Origin: Bigelowiella natans CCMP2755
Lineage: Eukaryota; Protista; Cercozoa
Assembly: GCA_000320545.1 (NCBI GenBank)
Contig: ADNK01001017.1
Span: 1-64,000, forward strand
Reading direction: 5' to 3'
Length of the DNA stretch: 64,000 bases
Shown: piece after piece, positions 40,882 to 63,862 of the stretch
Position numbering within the stretch: the first letter of the stretch is position 1
Layout of the letters: every line of letters begins with the position of its first letter
Notes under the pieces: model-generated
What the model was told of the DNA's origin: nothing
Database searches by the model: none
Seen by the model: only the letters and a program-made list of their open reading frames with translations
Position numbers and translations under genes: made by a program

Positions 40882-42317
40882 ATGGCGGAATCTTCTACCC
40901 CTGAAAAGCAGCAACCAAATGATGCTCCTCCTGGCACTGAAATGCAAAAAACTGTGGCCTCCTCGGAAAAGCAAGTAGACCGTCAAAGCGCCTCCTCACC
41001 GGCAACTAGTCAATCTTCGAGCGGTAGTAACGAAGAAGGGGGTGATGAAAAGGAGGCAGCAGGATACTCAGGTGGTCCAGGAAGTGACGGATTAATGGAA
41101 CCATCGGAAAACGTATACTTCTGGGGAGTTCCATCAAATTTCACCGAGTTCGAAATGAACCTCCTCGTTTTTGCAGCCGGCGATGTAACAATTGATAAGA
41201 ATATGATGTGTCCATGGTCATCTTTCGTTGTTCTTTTGATCATCTTATTATATTCCCTGCTACTATACTATTGATACTACTGCTATCTGTTATTGTTGTA
41301 GTACTATCCCTTGAGGAATTTACGAAGATTCTATTTTCTGAAGGAGTAGCAGTAGTAGTTGTAGTAGGGATAGTAGTGGTAGTAGTAGAAGTAGTAGCAG
41401 TACTTAAACCTATCCGCAAGGCCTAACTCCTCATTTTCCTAAATTCCTTCATTAGTAGCGAACACATTATTTGTCTACGAATAGAAAAATACTGCATTCA
41501 TATGCGACTACTAAATTTTGAAGGTTGTTTCTGTGAAAATGGGCCACGCAAATGGCAAACCAAATACATACGCATTTGTTCAATTCAAGAAGCAGGTATC
41601 ATAGTATATTCCATGTTTATCATTCATATACAATTAAACATTTGACCTCAGCAGATGTGTGCTTTCGACAGTTCCATGTGTGTGTGTGTGTGGCTATTTG
41701 GCATACATATCCTTCAATGGAAATAATGCAAACCATACTTCACAATTTATCAGGAAGATGCAGAAGCTGCGATAAAAATGCTGCACAATAGGTAGTAGTA
41801 GTAGCAGAAGTAGTATATTTTTTTTTGAAAAGAATATTATTAAGACCGATAAAATATTATTGTTGTATATCTTTCCACACAATATTGTGCAGAAAATTCC
41901 ACTCTCGTAATCTGGTCGTACAATACGCAAAGCCAGCAAAGCTCGCTACTTCAAGCAATATCAAGAAGAACTCTACCAGCAGTGTTAGTAAGGGCGCTGT
42001 GAATACGGTGACACGTACACCTCATCATCATATTGAGAGAGAAAATTATCTCGTTTCAAATGGATCAATATTGATGCTGTTACTTATTTATTTGTTATAT
42101 TTAACTCACCCCCGATTCCGTAGCTCTACTTACTGATGTTGCTTTTTCCAGGCTATATCAGATCGTAAGATGATTCGACCTCGTGGTGTCTCCTCAACAT
42201 CACCTGCTGCTATTTATGAAAGCAACAACAACGTCGTGTATACACCTGATAATTCCACCATCGGTCATGGCGATGGTGGAACAACTGCAGGAGGAGGAGG
42301 AAGCAGCTATATGCCTG

Positions 42318-42348
<31 letters not shown>

Positions 42349-43402
42349 CGGCAATCACCATCCTTATCATCACGTGACAATGGGGGGGGTTACTACTACT
42401 ACGACTGCCACAGCAGGAGCACCGACAGCTTATCACCATCATCCTTACCACCACCATCATCAACATTCACCACTCCAGATGCTACCTCCTCCTCCTCCTG
42501 CTGGTGGTGGTGGTGGTGGTAGTTCTCCTCCTCCTCCCCATCCTCGTCCTCAACCTCATCATCATCATCACCACCACCACCAAGTACCTCCTACAGTCCC
42601 TCCTACTGCTACTACAACTACTGGAACAACAGCACCACCACACTACGTACTACCCATTTACCAAACAAATCCAGCAGCACTAACCCATCATCCTAGCTAC
42701 CACCCCTCAACGGTACTAGTCTTACTGTGAATTCATCCATCACGGATGATCTAACGTTGGATATTGCCTTATCTCTTTCTCTCTCTTTCTCTCTTTTTTT
42801 TTTTTATCTTCCTTCCCTTTCCAAGCCTACTGGAATGGATGTTGCATGTATCCTTTACGCTGTTTCGATGTGTTTCGATGTGGGTTATAAGTCTAATTTC
42901 TTGTTATCGGCTAATGGATGAAGTTGTTTGTTATTTGGAATCGTTGCAGCAGCAGCAGCAGCAGCACCAGCAGCAGCTCCAGCAGCAGCTCCAGCAGCAG
43001 CTATCGTATGGTCGAATCGGGAGAGGATCAGGTGGTGGTGGCATTAATATCACAAATGTAGTTCCTAAGCTTCCTACAAACAACGGGATTGCCCATAGCA
43101 GCAGCAGCAACAACATATATATAAGGTAGTCTGTGATGATAATGATGATGATTTATGATGATGATGAAAGAGAAGAAAGACACCAGATTTATTGATGTTA
43201 AAGATGGTTAAAAAGGTGCTCGAAGAAATGAGAGAGAGTGAGAGAAAAAGAGGGAAGGGGGAAGGAAAGCATATCTTCTGGAACAAATACCATCTGATTC
43301 AATTATTTTTTAATATGGGTTTTGCTGCATGATAGTGGTCTTCCAGAGAATGTCACAGACAAATCGCTAGAGCAGCTGTTTCTAAAGTAAGAATAAGAAG
43401 AA

Positions 43403-43433
<31 letters not shown>

Positions 43434-44343
43434 AGATGGCATCGTTTCTGCTGCAGTAATTTCACGAGAACAAATTTTCTTCTGCAAATCTAATCGCAAA
43501 ACTTAGCGGTATTATTGTGTAATTGATTAGATATGGAACAGTGGTGTCTACCAGAGTGATAATAAATAGAAATACTGGGACACCGCTAGGGACAGCTCTT
43601 GTTCGGATGGAGAGCAGCCATCAGGCCGCAGTGGCTATAGGGGATCTCAATGGTAAGAAGAAGCATACTAGTAGCACTAGTAAGAGTAATACAAGAGCAA
43701 AGGACATCGTAATAAATTCATCATGTGTTTTCTCTTATGATTTGTATACTGATGCGAAAGCAACACCACCACCACCACTGTGAGATCAACTTATCATGAA
43801 TCGTCTGTGTGTATCGATGATCATAAATACACAGGCTGTCAGTTAAACGGGGGCGGTCGTGGGCACATTCTATCATGCAGATTTGCTCATGAGAAGAGAA
43901 CACCTCCAAGCAGTACCACCAATTTGTACATCAGTGGCCTTCCTGAGGATGTCACTGAAGGGTCGCTCAAGGTACTACTACTACTATTGTTTTATGATGA
44001 GGAGGGAGATTATCGTGAGTAGTCTCCTCAATAGAGAACAGAAGATTACTAATGTTTAATAACATTCACCCATACGATTGAGATTGATGTTATTTATATT
44101 ATTTATTTATTTATTTATTATTAGGAGCTATTTGCAGCCTTTGGAAACGTGGTTTCGCAGAAAATCATCATCAATCGAAACACAGGAGCGCCATTAGGAA
44201 CTGCCCTCGTACGAATGGAGACTAATGACCAGGCAAACACGTGCATCAGTAATCTTCATGGCTCGAAGGTGTTTCTAATATATTTTGATACATACTTCAA
44301 TATATGGGGGTATAATATCATATCACGATATATCAACTCTTAT

Positions 44344-44380
<37 letters not shown>

Positions 44381-44516
44381 TATACCTGTGTTCTTATGCT
44401 TCTAATATCATTTTATCAACAATTGTGTCATTTTATTCTATTTTGCAAACTAGATGAATGGGGGAAAGTTTCTTACAGTCCGATTTGCCGCTGACAAGGG
44501 AAATAAACACACTTGA
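40882..44516 (+). CDS. Multi-RRM RNA-binding protein (ELAV/Sxl/RBMS-like) with central His/Pro/Gln/Ala-rich disordered region
   Basis: A divergent RRM start NVYFWGVP, then two closely related RRMs: NIYISGLPENVTDKSLEQLFLKYGTVVSTRVIINRNTGTPLGTALVRM and NLYISGLPEDVTEGSLKELFAAFGNVVSQKIIINRNTGAPLGTALVRM; ends LTVRFAADKGNKHT* (44514-44516). Confidence 0.85.
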
Positions 44517-45398
44517 TTATTAAAATTTATGACTCATTTCAAATTTATAGTGAAGCAGCTGAAAACGAAGAATATTTCTTTGCAATATTAACAAACATCA
44601 AGAGTAGCAGCAGCGAAATCTAGAAACGATGAGAGAATTTTATTAGACGTGCGTGCGAACACCAATATATTATTACGTGTGGAGATACTCATCAAAACAT
44701 TTATTTCATCGTTTGTTTCTTTCCAATGAAGTGGTAGATATTTATTTTTATCAAGAATAGTGTACGCCAGAATCTAATCCTGGATCATTTCGAGTGCTAG
44801 TTGCAAGATCATTGACAGGGATACTAAGAATGAGTTCGCGTAGATAAATATTTATTGTCAGCACAGCATGTTGGTATTGTGTTATCAAAAGATGATAAGC
44901 TTACTAGCTTACTAGCTTATGAAATGAAGAAGAATGCTTTTATTAGTATAGATGCATAAAGTGTAGCATGCTAGCATGTCGTTTGCATCGCAGTTTATTT
45001 ACAAAGAATATGTGTGCATTCGCATTCACACGTACTGGCGCGCGCTAGCTAGCTAGCATGAAGGACATGCTAGCATGTCTAGATGTGACAGCATGCACAT
45101 CAGCAGCTAGGCATGCTAGGATGGCTAGCTAGCTAGCTAGCTAGATCTGCTAGGATGGCTAGATCTAGCTAGCTAGTAAACTAGTAAATCTAGAGGTCCA
45201 CTATAGCTACTACATGACATGCTTGCGATTCAAACATGCTAGCTAGCTAGCATGCATGTAAGGTGTCGTACACAATACTAGACTAACTCATTAGGGTACG
45301 TACGTAGTAGATATGGAAGGCTGCGGTGGTGCTTTATTTATTGTCATCGTATATGTAATAACTAGATTAAGCCCAGCGACAAAGCAATGCCATACTCG

Positions 45399-45447
<49 letters not shown>

Positions 45448-45671
45448 ATGTGTATATAATATCTGCAACAACCAGTGAAACTAACTACAGCTACTGAATA
45501 TATACGATGCACAAAGCTCACAGAAATAAAGCATGCTACCGTAGTGCATGTGAAAGCTTATTAGACGTTCACAAACGGATGCAACTGGGACATTACTATT
45601 TATTTTCTATAATTTACATTTTTCCATCCAAGCTATCAAATTATGATATGCACGACGTCATTGATTCTCAT
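44517..45671. other. Convergent spacer with the densest CTAG array in the window
   Basis: More than 20 CTAG in ~45040-45285, including (CTAG)5, interspersed with GCATGC and AGATCT. Confidence 0.8.
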
Positions 45672-48600
45672 CTAGAATGACGGAAGTTCATGGAAAGAAG
45701 GATTTCTTCCATATGGAGTTCCATGACGAGTAACGCTCCTCGTTTTTCGAGAACTATATAGAACAAATTCCATAATCATAAGCTTACTTACAGGAAATTG
45801 AGATGATATCTATAAGGTCATTATGTGTATTATTACTATACCTGTATCTCCGATGTGCAGTATTAGCTGCTGGCTGCTGAACCTCTTCCGGTGATGAAGG
45901 AGAATGATCAAAATTTAATCGTCGCACGGGAGGTGATTCTTCGAAATTACTTATTGATTGGACTACTTGTGGTTTTAAGCCTAGAGCAACACTAAAAACC
46001 CATGTAAGTGCTCCTGCGACGACAATGGCGGTAGTAATGGAAACTGCGATTAGTTTCAGAGTCATACTGTGAGAATGATGACGACGATGATGATGATGAT
46101 TGTCATTATTCGATAAATCTTTAGGATCTTCGGGTGAGTCAATAGCACCCAATTCTTGGTTTCCAATTGTTGTCTCAACAAAAACAGCTTCCGACTCTTC
46201 TCGTGAGCTTGCCTTCATATTATTATTCGGTAACAATGGTCGGGTATCATGAACAAAGTGTTCTCCCCTCTCGTCATTATCGTTCGTAGTATGGACAACC
46301 ATCTTCACGGTTGGATTATTAGGGTCACCACTCACAAGAAAGGTAACAATTTCGGGTTTTGGCGGATCAATGATTTTTGCATCTTGGAATTCTTCTCCTC
46401 TGATCTCTAATTGTGTGGTTGTGGCGGAATCCTTTTCCACTTCAAGATCTTGTTCTGGAACTTCCTCCTCCTCTTCCTCATTTTCTTGGTCTTTCTTTGA
46501 CTGGGCAAATTCTGTTTGCTTTACATGAAGAATTTCAGGCTGGATAACACCCACTTCCTGCAAACTGCTATTTAACACAATACCATTTTCAACACTAGCT
46601 GCTTGATAGCTTGATTCCGCGATGGAAACCTCTTTCGGGCATTGTTGATCATTCAAATGATTTGTAGTTGACAAGTTGTTTATCATGCTTGTCGACATAA
46701 GGAAAAGCTTTCCCTTTATCGAGTCCTCATCAAATGAGACGACGTGCTTCACAGCGCCATTAATTACGTACTCATGTGTGCCCTCGTCGAGTGTAGAAAA
46801 CATTTCTGATTCAATAAGAGAAGAATCTACGGGACAAGTTTCTCCCAGCAATGTGAACAACGATGATGACTGTTGCTGCGAACATGTAGTGGGAGTAGTA
46901 ATAGGATCTTGAACAAGAATATGCTGCTGCTTTCCCACCATTCCAGTTTCTTCACCAGCAAATAATATGATGTATATAAAGATTATTAAAGGAACAAACA
47001 TAAAAAATTTCCCCTTTGTCGTCCTTCGTGCAAAGTACTGCTGTGCCGGAAGCAACTTAGCAAAAATGTTGTTCCCCTTTTCCGGAGTGCAGTCAATAGA
47101 AATGTTCTAAAGATAAAAATAACAAATTTGAGAAGATTCCTACCGAATTGGTATGAACTGGGAATAGCTAAATAAATTACCCCAGGAGTAGGCCACGAAG
47201 ATATCGGAATTCTCTTGGAGACATAGACTGGAGATTGAAAATCTAGCATATCTGAAGTTGCTGTTGCAGAAATTTCTTGAGCTGGTTTTTTGATATCTGG
47301 AGTCTTTGGGGTTATCATTCGGTACCCTGATGAATAAGAAGGTTAGCTTCTTTCGTGTTCCTCGAGATCAGATTATTCTTAACTTGAACAACCTGTCGAA
47401 ACTGAATGAGTTTTATCCGTCTTACTTCCCAAGCTATCGCCATTAGAGACTGCTGTTGCTGCTGCTGCTGCTGTCAGTGTGGTCTGAGCAATAGTATCTT
47501 CACGATGATTTTTTGGGCTGGGTTGCAACACATCCTAAAACAAAAGAAAGTTATAAACGGGGGGAAGTAAAATGCTGCTTCCAAGGAAGAGGACCTGAAA
47601 AATGCTGTTCTCTCCGTTGCTAATATCTTTGAAAACTTCTTCCATCTGAGTACCAAGGCTTGCATTCTTGAGACGACGAGAATTTTCCATATTAACCAAG
47701 TCGGAATTAGATAGAGCGACATCATCATCTCCGAATGAGAAGCTATCAATATCAAGCGCCTGGTTACTAATTGATGATTTTCCAACGATGGGCTCTGTAT
47801 TTCTGCTTGAATCATCACTAAAAAGACGTCGAAGATGGGGTTCACGTGGGGAAGATTTTATCAATTCAGTGAGGGCAGTTTTGGGGGACGGGATAGGCTT
47901 GTTTCCTATCTCTTGGAAAAGAGGACAAAGTGGTGGGTTCTTCGAAGCTTTCGAAGCTTGGGTCTCCTGATCCATAAAACAAAAACGACCCGTTTCATTA
48001 GATATCGATATGTGGATTTCTCTTAAAATTTCTGCCATTACCATTCCAATTTTCTTGGGTTCCATTTGCTTTACAGCCTGCTTTTGTTTTGTGATATCAA
48101 CCTTCATAAAAATAAAGACGAATAAAAATATATACAAAGTACTATAAACTGAAATTATCAACTTTTCCACGCGTGCAAGCAGAGCAATTGTTCCGAGATG
48201 GAGTCGAGTTTCCCTTGAGAATACGAGAACTGCGCTGTTTCTTCAGAAAATTTCGAAAATTTGCTCTTTTATTGCCCTTAGATTTTTTTTCAGGTCGTTC
48301 CCGAGCCATTTGACGGCGTACAGGAGGACTGAGCATGCTGTAAACCTCGGACGCAAGGCGGGGATACCTTAAATGGATATAGAAATTAGCAGGTGCTTTT
48401 CATTTTATTATTACTTTTTATTACTTTCTCTTATAGATTTTGAAGAGCATTCTCGCATTGTTTCTGACTGAGAGAGCTGCGGCCGAGAGATGATTTTTAA
48501 TAGATGGAACAAGTTTTTTCGAAAATTGTACAAGATCCTCTTGCGGCCATTTTTCAAGGGACAAGGAAATACACTTTATGCAAGTGCTTCTGATTCGTGG

Positions 48601-49236
48601 ATGGCGTTCACCCTGGTGAATCAACAAACAATATTTTGTGAATTGGAAGGATTCTTTCGTAATGTCAGCAAGCGCTTACATCTGCTCTTGCGATAAGTTT
48701 CTCAAGAGTCTTTGGAAGAATATACTTCATAATAGAAGTAAGACACTTCTCTCCAGCAGCTGCCATGCATTTAGTTGTCTGTAATGATAAAATATGTTAT
48801 GAGGAAAGATACTTTGCTTCGCCTGAGGTTATGTTTTACCTGTCCCGTGAGTACGCATAAGGAATCGGTAAGATCGCTGACAAATTCGTCAGATAGACCC
48901 TTTACGCGATTAACTAGGACTGAAATAGTTTCGCAAACTTCGATAATAATTTTGGAACGAATTTCTGTAAGCTGAGTCTGAATGGGTCCTGTGTTTTAAA
49001 AAGTTATTTGAATAATAAGATGGGCATCGAATCAGGCCATTTAATTTCTTTCAAATTTCTTCAATATTTACTTCTTTAATATTAGAGGTTACCAACAATC
49101 TCCGGGAGAATTCTTTCTTCCCACTCATCGGCAGTGAACATACAGTTTTTTTGGTCTGCCATTGCACGTAATGATTCCAAAGCATCACTCCTAATAACAC
49201 ACACACGCACACACATACACACACCTACATTTATAT

Positions 49237-49316
<80 letters not shown>

Positions 49317-49716
49317 ACATATGTAGGTGTGTGTGGAAAATAAATGGTACGGTTTAAACGAATGCAGTTCACCTGTCCTTCCAATTTGTTTTTTTGGTAA
49401 ACAAAACGGCTTTAATTTGATTCACTTGCATGAGGACACGCTCTGGCAATGGGGTTGACAGAGGCGATTCATAACTTCTTAAAGTAGTGGGAGTGACTAG
49501 ATGGGAAGGTATGCTGTCACCAAGGGGGGGCAGTGGTGAAGGTGTTTTCAAAGTTTTCTTGGTATAACAGTTCTTCCTTCCTGAACTCATTCGAGATTTT
49601 AAGGAAGTCGGAATTTTTGATGGTGGCGGTGTCATTCCGAATGGTTGCTTCGTGACTCCTTTTTGGTTACTCTTTCTATTCCTGGGCACAGCATTCTCTT
49701 TGTCATTCTTATCCAT
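45672..49716 (-). CDS. CLASP-N/TOG (HEAT) domain protein with two predicted transmembrane helices
   Basis: MDKNDKEN start; TNWKDR|SDALESLR, QLTEIRSKIIIEVCETI, HPRIRSTCIKCISLSLEKW, SVRNNARMLF, and YPALASEVYSMLSPPVRRQM fit a CLASP_N-like HEAT array. Hydrophobic segments FFMFVPLIIFIYIILFAG and LIAVSITTAIVVAGALTWVFSVALGL; stop at 45672. Confidence 0.65.
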
Positions 49717-50651
49717 CGAAAGGCCATTACCTGAAGTTGGTATAAAGTTGTCAAAAGTTACACATGAGAATCGTTTGTGTCTCTGACTTACCTCTCTCGG
49801 TGTTTCCCTTGTGCGAAGCAAAAACGTTGACTTGAGCACTATTGAATAGCATGTTTGTAGATATTTGAAAGGGGTTGCTCACGGGAGCTCCACTTTCGGA
49901 TGAAAGGACTGTATGTAGTTCTTGCGTTTGGGGTGTGGGAAGACAATTCCGGTTGGTGAGTCGAGTCCAACTACCTATAATAATTTTGTTCTAATTCAAG
50001 GCGATTTCAAGGAAAAATGTCTCTCCGTTCGCAAATTATCGAACAATCCGTGGATCCTCGCCAATTTAAATTTTCGGTCTCGAATTTTTACATGAAAATT
50101 TTCCTTTCTTTGCCAACGGATAGATCCAAACACGATGAACTTTCTCGGCAAAAGTGGAGTTTGATTTTCAGAGGGAGATTCAAGGAGATCTCCAACGGAT
50201 CTCTGTCCGCTTTTCTGACAGCTAGAGTATACAGATCTACTGATCGATCTGAGATGATCTGATTAAAAAACACAATATGTAACTGGTGGTGAGTGAAGGC
50301 AAGTTGACTTAATTTTATTATTGTAACAACTATTTTAATATTCTACCAATTAGACATATATTTAAGCACGTAATATCTTAATATTCTGCACTAGATCTAC
50401 ATTTTAAGAAAAAGTAGAACATTAAAACATTAAAAAGCGGGAAGAAACAGGAGGAGGAGGACGCTCTCGTTTAAAAATACAAACAATTGAGGAGGAGCAT
50501 TGCTAGAATTCAAAAGGTGCTCTCCATCATCATTCATTCATTATCATCGTCATCACTGGTCACCATAATGCCTAACATTGATGTAATAGAGCGATAGATG
50601 AGATCTGCTTTGTACAATAGATACAAATACCTTTTGAGCCTACAACCCTTC

Positions 50652-50775
50652 CAAATCTCAGATTTAGTCGCTGCTTATTGAAGTATCCCCACACAATTTT
50701 CTGAAAATGTCATCCTCGAAATCTCAGAATTAGTCACTGCTTATTGAAGTAGTATCCCGACGCAATTTTCTAAAG

Positions 50776-50785
<10 letters not shown>
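50652..50785 (+). repeat. Imperfect ~67-bp tandem duplication spanning a start codon
   Basis: AAATCTCAGA(T/A)TTAGTC(G/A)CTGCTTATTGAAGT...CAATTTTCT..A.ATGTCATC occurs twice. Confidence 0.85.
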
Positions 50786-60553
<9,768 letters not shown>

Positions 60554-61819
60554 CTCAGACAAGCCATCATCACAATGCGCAAATTTGGACCCAGCAGCAG
60601 TCATTTTCATCAGAAACAATGTTGTGTGCTTTTGTGCACATGATGGACATGTGACATCATGTGTGCACTGTGTGTGCCATTGCTGTGTCCATCATGAGTG
60701 TAGCTCCATTTTTTGGGCCCCGAGCAACAGTCCTTCCCCATCTCACATGCCCCAAATGTGCCTTCTCCGTGTCACAAGTTGTCATTTCTGTGTCTTTTGC
60801 TGTGCATGCAGTGACTGGCAGCGACACGCAAACACAATGCAAAATTGACAAAGCGCCCCGTTCAATGTTCCTTTTGAAAGATCAAGCTTCTCATGCCAAC
60901 ACATCTTGTTGGTCACGTGGCTCATTGGGAAGTTCAAGTGAGTGCACCACATGGCTTTTCCGGGGTTGGTCACGTGGCTCATTGAGAACACTGCTAGACT
61001 GGTCAAAGGCCACGTTGTGGTTTGGACACGCAATGTCACACACATGCTGCACGTGCCATCACTGTGTCCATCATGTGTGTTGAGGCTGCAGATTCTGACT
61101 GGCAACGCGCGCAAAGTGGTGGCATGGCACGGTGTTTCTGGGCTGCTACTGCTGCTGCTGCTGTGCATGATGTCCATCGTGCTTGCTGCTTGGGCACTGC
61201 ATGTGGACGAGGAGCATGCATGCATGCGTGCTGCTGGCATTTGCCATGCAATCACAACCAAACGCCACAAATTGCTTCACAGCGGCTGGCATGCTCGCAC
61301 ACCACGCACGTGATCGATGAGGGACCTGCTAGGGATTGTTCAGTCACAAGCAGAGCAGTCAGGCTGTGCCGTGAGCAGCAGGAATGACTGGACAGATGCC
61401 AACTAGTCAATTGGCCCATGGTGTACCTGTGCACATCACACGCATTGATGATGGCTGGCGCAAAATGTCACCCACACATGTCTGCGTTGGGATGACAAAT
61501 GAAAATTTTTGATCACTTCATCACATCTGTCTTGTGCAAGATGCATCTCTGTCAACAAGGATTGCAAAACTTTTGGTAGATTGCGCACTGTTTGCATGAC
61601 AATGCATTTCGACATTGCGCACTGGGTGCAACAACAAATTGCAGCAATGCACGGCTAGACGGCGCAGTCTAGCAGTGTCGATGCATGTGTACCTCGCTGC
61701 TGAGCTACGTGCGCATGTAAAATTTCCATGTTCATCATCAGACAGACCCATCAATAGGAATACTAGAATAAGAGTCAGTGCAAGCTTTGAAAAACATTTA
61801 ACACATAGCATCGACGACA
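60554..61819. other. Convergent spacer with extreme TpA depletion and internal degenerate direct repeats (possible decayed repeat or mobile element)
   Basis: About 9 TA dinucleotides in 60554-61680 by manual count (5 of them in CTAG). GTTGGTCACGTGGCTCATTG occurs twice (~60908, ~60965) and GTGCCAT..CTGTGTCCATCATG twice (~60674, ~61053). Confidence 0.7.
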
Positions 61820-62831
61820 TTACAATGGATCATCTATTGATGAGACTCCCTCGTTAGCCCCTGAAGTTTTTCTGCTGGGAACAGCTGGATTAATGTCATA
61901 AAATCCAGCTTCCTGTGCTTGATCTGTTAATCCAAGAATAGCTCGTGTAGACAAGGAGATGATAACTTTGCTGTACTCAAGCTTAAGTCGCATGTGATGT
62001 TTGCAAATTTCATATTCCCATCCCCATGGTTTATTACATTCCTCTGCTTTTGATTCATCGTTATTCCTGCAACATCTGAGCCATCGTGGACAGGAGAATT
62101 TAACCTTGCCCGTATGTCTTTCCTCATCAAAAATCTTACAAACTATTGTTGCTTTCGTTCTCGTGAGAAGAAGATCCGAAAATCCTAATAGGAGATTTGA
62201 TTGCTCTGTTAGCCTTATAATGTTATGTATTTTTCCAGCATCTGGGAGAGGTCTTTTCCCTGTCCTTGTAGCATAGTAAGTAGAGTGTTTTCTTCTCATT
62301 CTTCCCCGATTGTTAGCTTGCAGATGTCTCCTTATCCGATTAGGCATCAGGTAATCCTTTCCACTCCTTCCTTTTATTTCTCCTCCTCCACTCCCCAGAT
62401 GTTCTCTTTGAGGTGAAGTCATTGATGAAGCCCCGGCACTGGTGCCATTATTATTTTTCGAGATTCCATAATTGATTCTACTTCTCTTCTTCTGTTCAAT
62501 ATTTGATAGCCGCCGACGATTTGACTCCAAACACACTTCAGCGCCAGCTGCTGCATGTTCTTCGTGATCATTACACTTTCGGTATTGTATCTTCACGCTT
62601 CGTGCTGCCTGATTCCTTGGTGTCGTCGCTGTTGTTGCTACTACCGATTGGTGTTGGTGATGATGCTGTGTAGGAGGGCACTTACGCTCAAATCCTGTAT
62701 CAGGAATGCTTGCCGTGCTGACAGGCTGCAATTAGTTGGAATATGTAGTAAGAAACAAAAGCACAGCAGAAAACAACTATTGTGTCAAGTGACTTCAACA
62801 AGGCATTAGCGTGCAATCAAGATTTACATAT

Positions 62832-62903
<72 letters not shown>

Positions 62904-63830
62904 TAATTCATTTTAGTCTTTGTTAAATGACATTGAGCTTTCGCTGAAGGGGTTGAAGAGGTGGGTGGGGAAGAGAAGGATAATACATATGCTTGCTCAT
63001 CACAGACCGAGTTTGAGGAAGCTGTATCGTCGACGACAGAGAGAGCATGCTCTCCTCCTTCTGCTCTCTCTTTTTGTCCTCCTCCTCGCTTGTGAAGCTG
63101 TGTAAGAAATACAGCAGAGATGTGAGAGAGCCATTACTAGTACAGCAGTAGTAGTATCGGTAGAAAGAGGAGGAGGAGGAGGAGGAGGAGGAGGAGGAGG
63201 AGGAGGGAAAATAGGGGAGAAAGTAGTGTATGCTGGTTGTCCCCGTCGCTGCCAGTCTTGCTGTTGTTGTTGTTGTTGTTGTTGTCATTGATTACTATGT
63301 TTACTATTGTCATCCGTTTGAGGTGCTACTGTTCTTATTACTACCCCATTTGCATGATCAGAAGGTCTACGGCAGCTTTTGCTTAAGTTGTTGGTGGTTG
63401 GTGCAGCAGATCCCGTACATTGCGCTTGTTGTTGTTGTTCACCCGGCGGTGTTATTACTGCGTCGTCATTCTTCTTTTCTTCTAGAGATTGTTTCTCTTC
63501 ATTCCCGGTTAAATCATGAGAATGGTTTTGACGTTGAAGGGTCATTGAGCACACTGAACGATCTGCCTCTAAATTTGATTCTTCTGTGTCTCCGGCCCAG
63601 AATCTCATAGCCTTATTTAATTTCAACATCTCGCTGCATAATTCCGTCATTTCATCGAAGGAATGTACTAGCCGTTGAGGGGATCTGGTAAATAAATAAA
63701 AAGAAGAAGAGAACGATGAGAAAATCATAGTAGTGGAAACGCTTAACGAATATTTCTCCTAGTTGCTGTTGCACTGTTGAATCATCATCCTCATTATCAT
63801 TATCATCACGTGCTGCTTACGTACATATAG

Positions 63831-63862
<32 letters not shown>

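Noticed and set aside
60900-61080. Direct repeats considered as a CRISPR array or LTR pair
   Set aside because: Only two copies of each, irregular spacing, eukaryotic context, and no cas, transposase or RT coding sequence, TIRs or TSD that I can identify.
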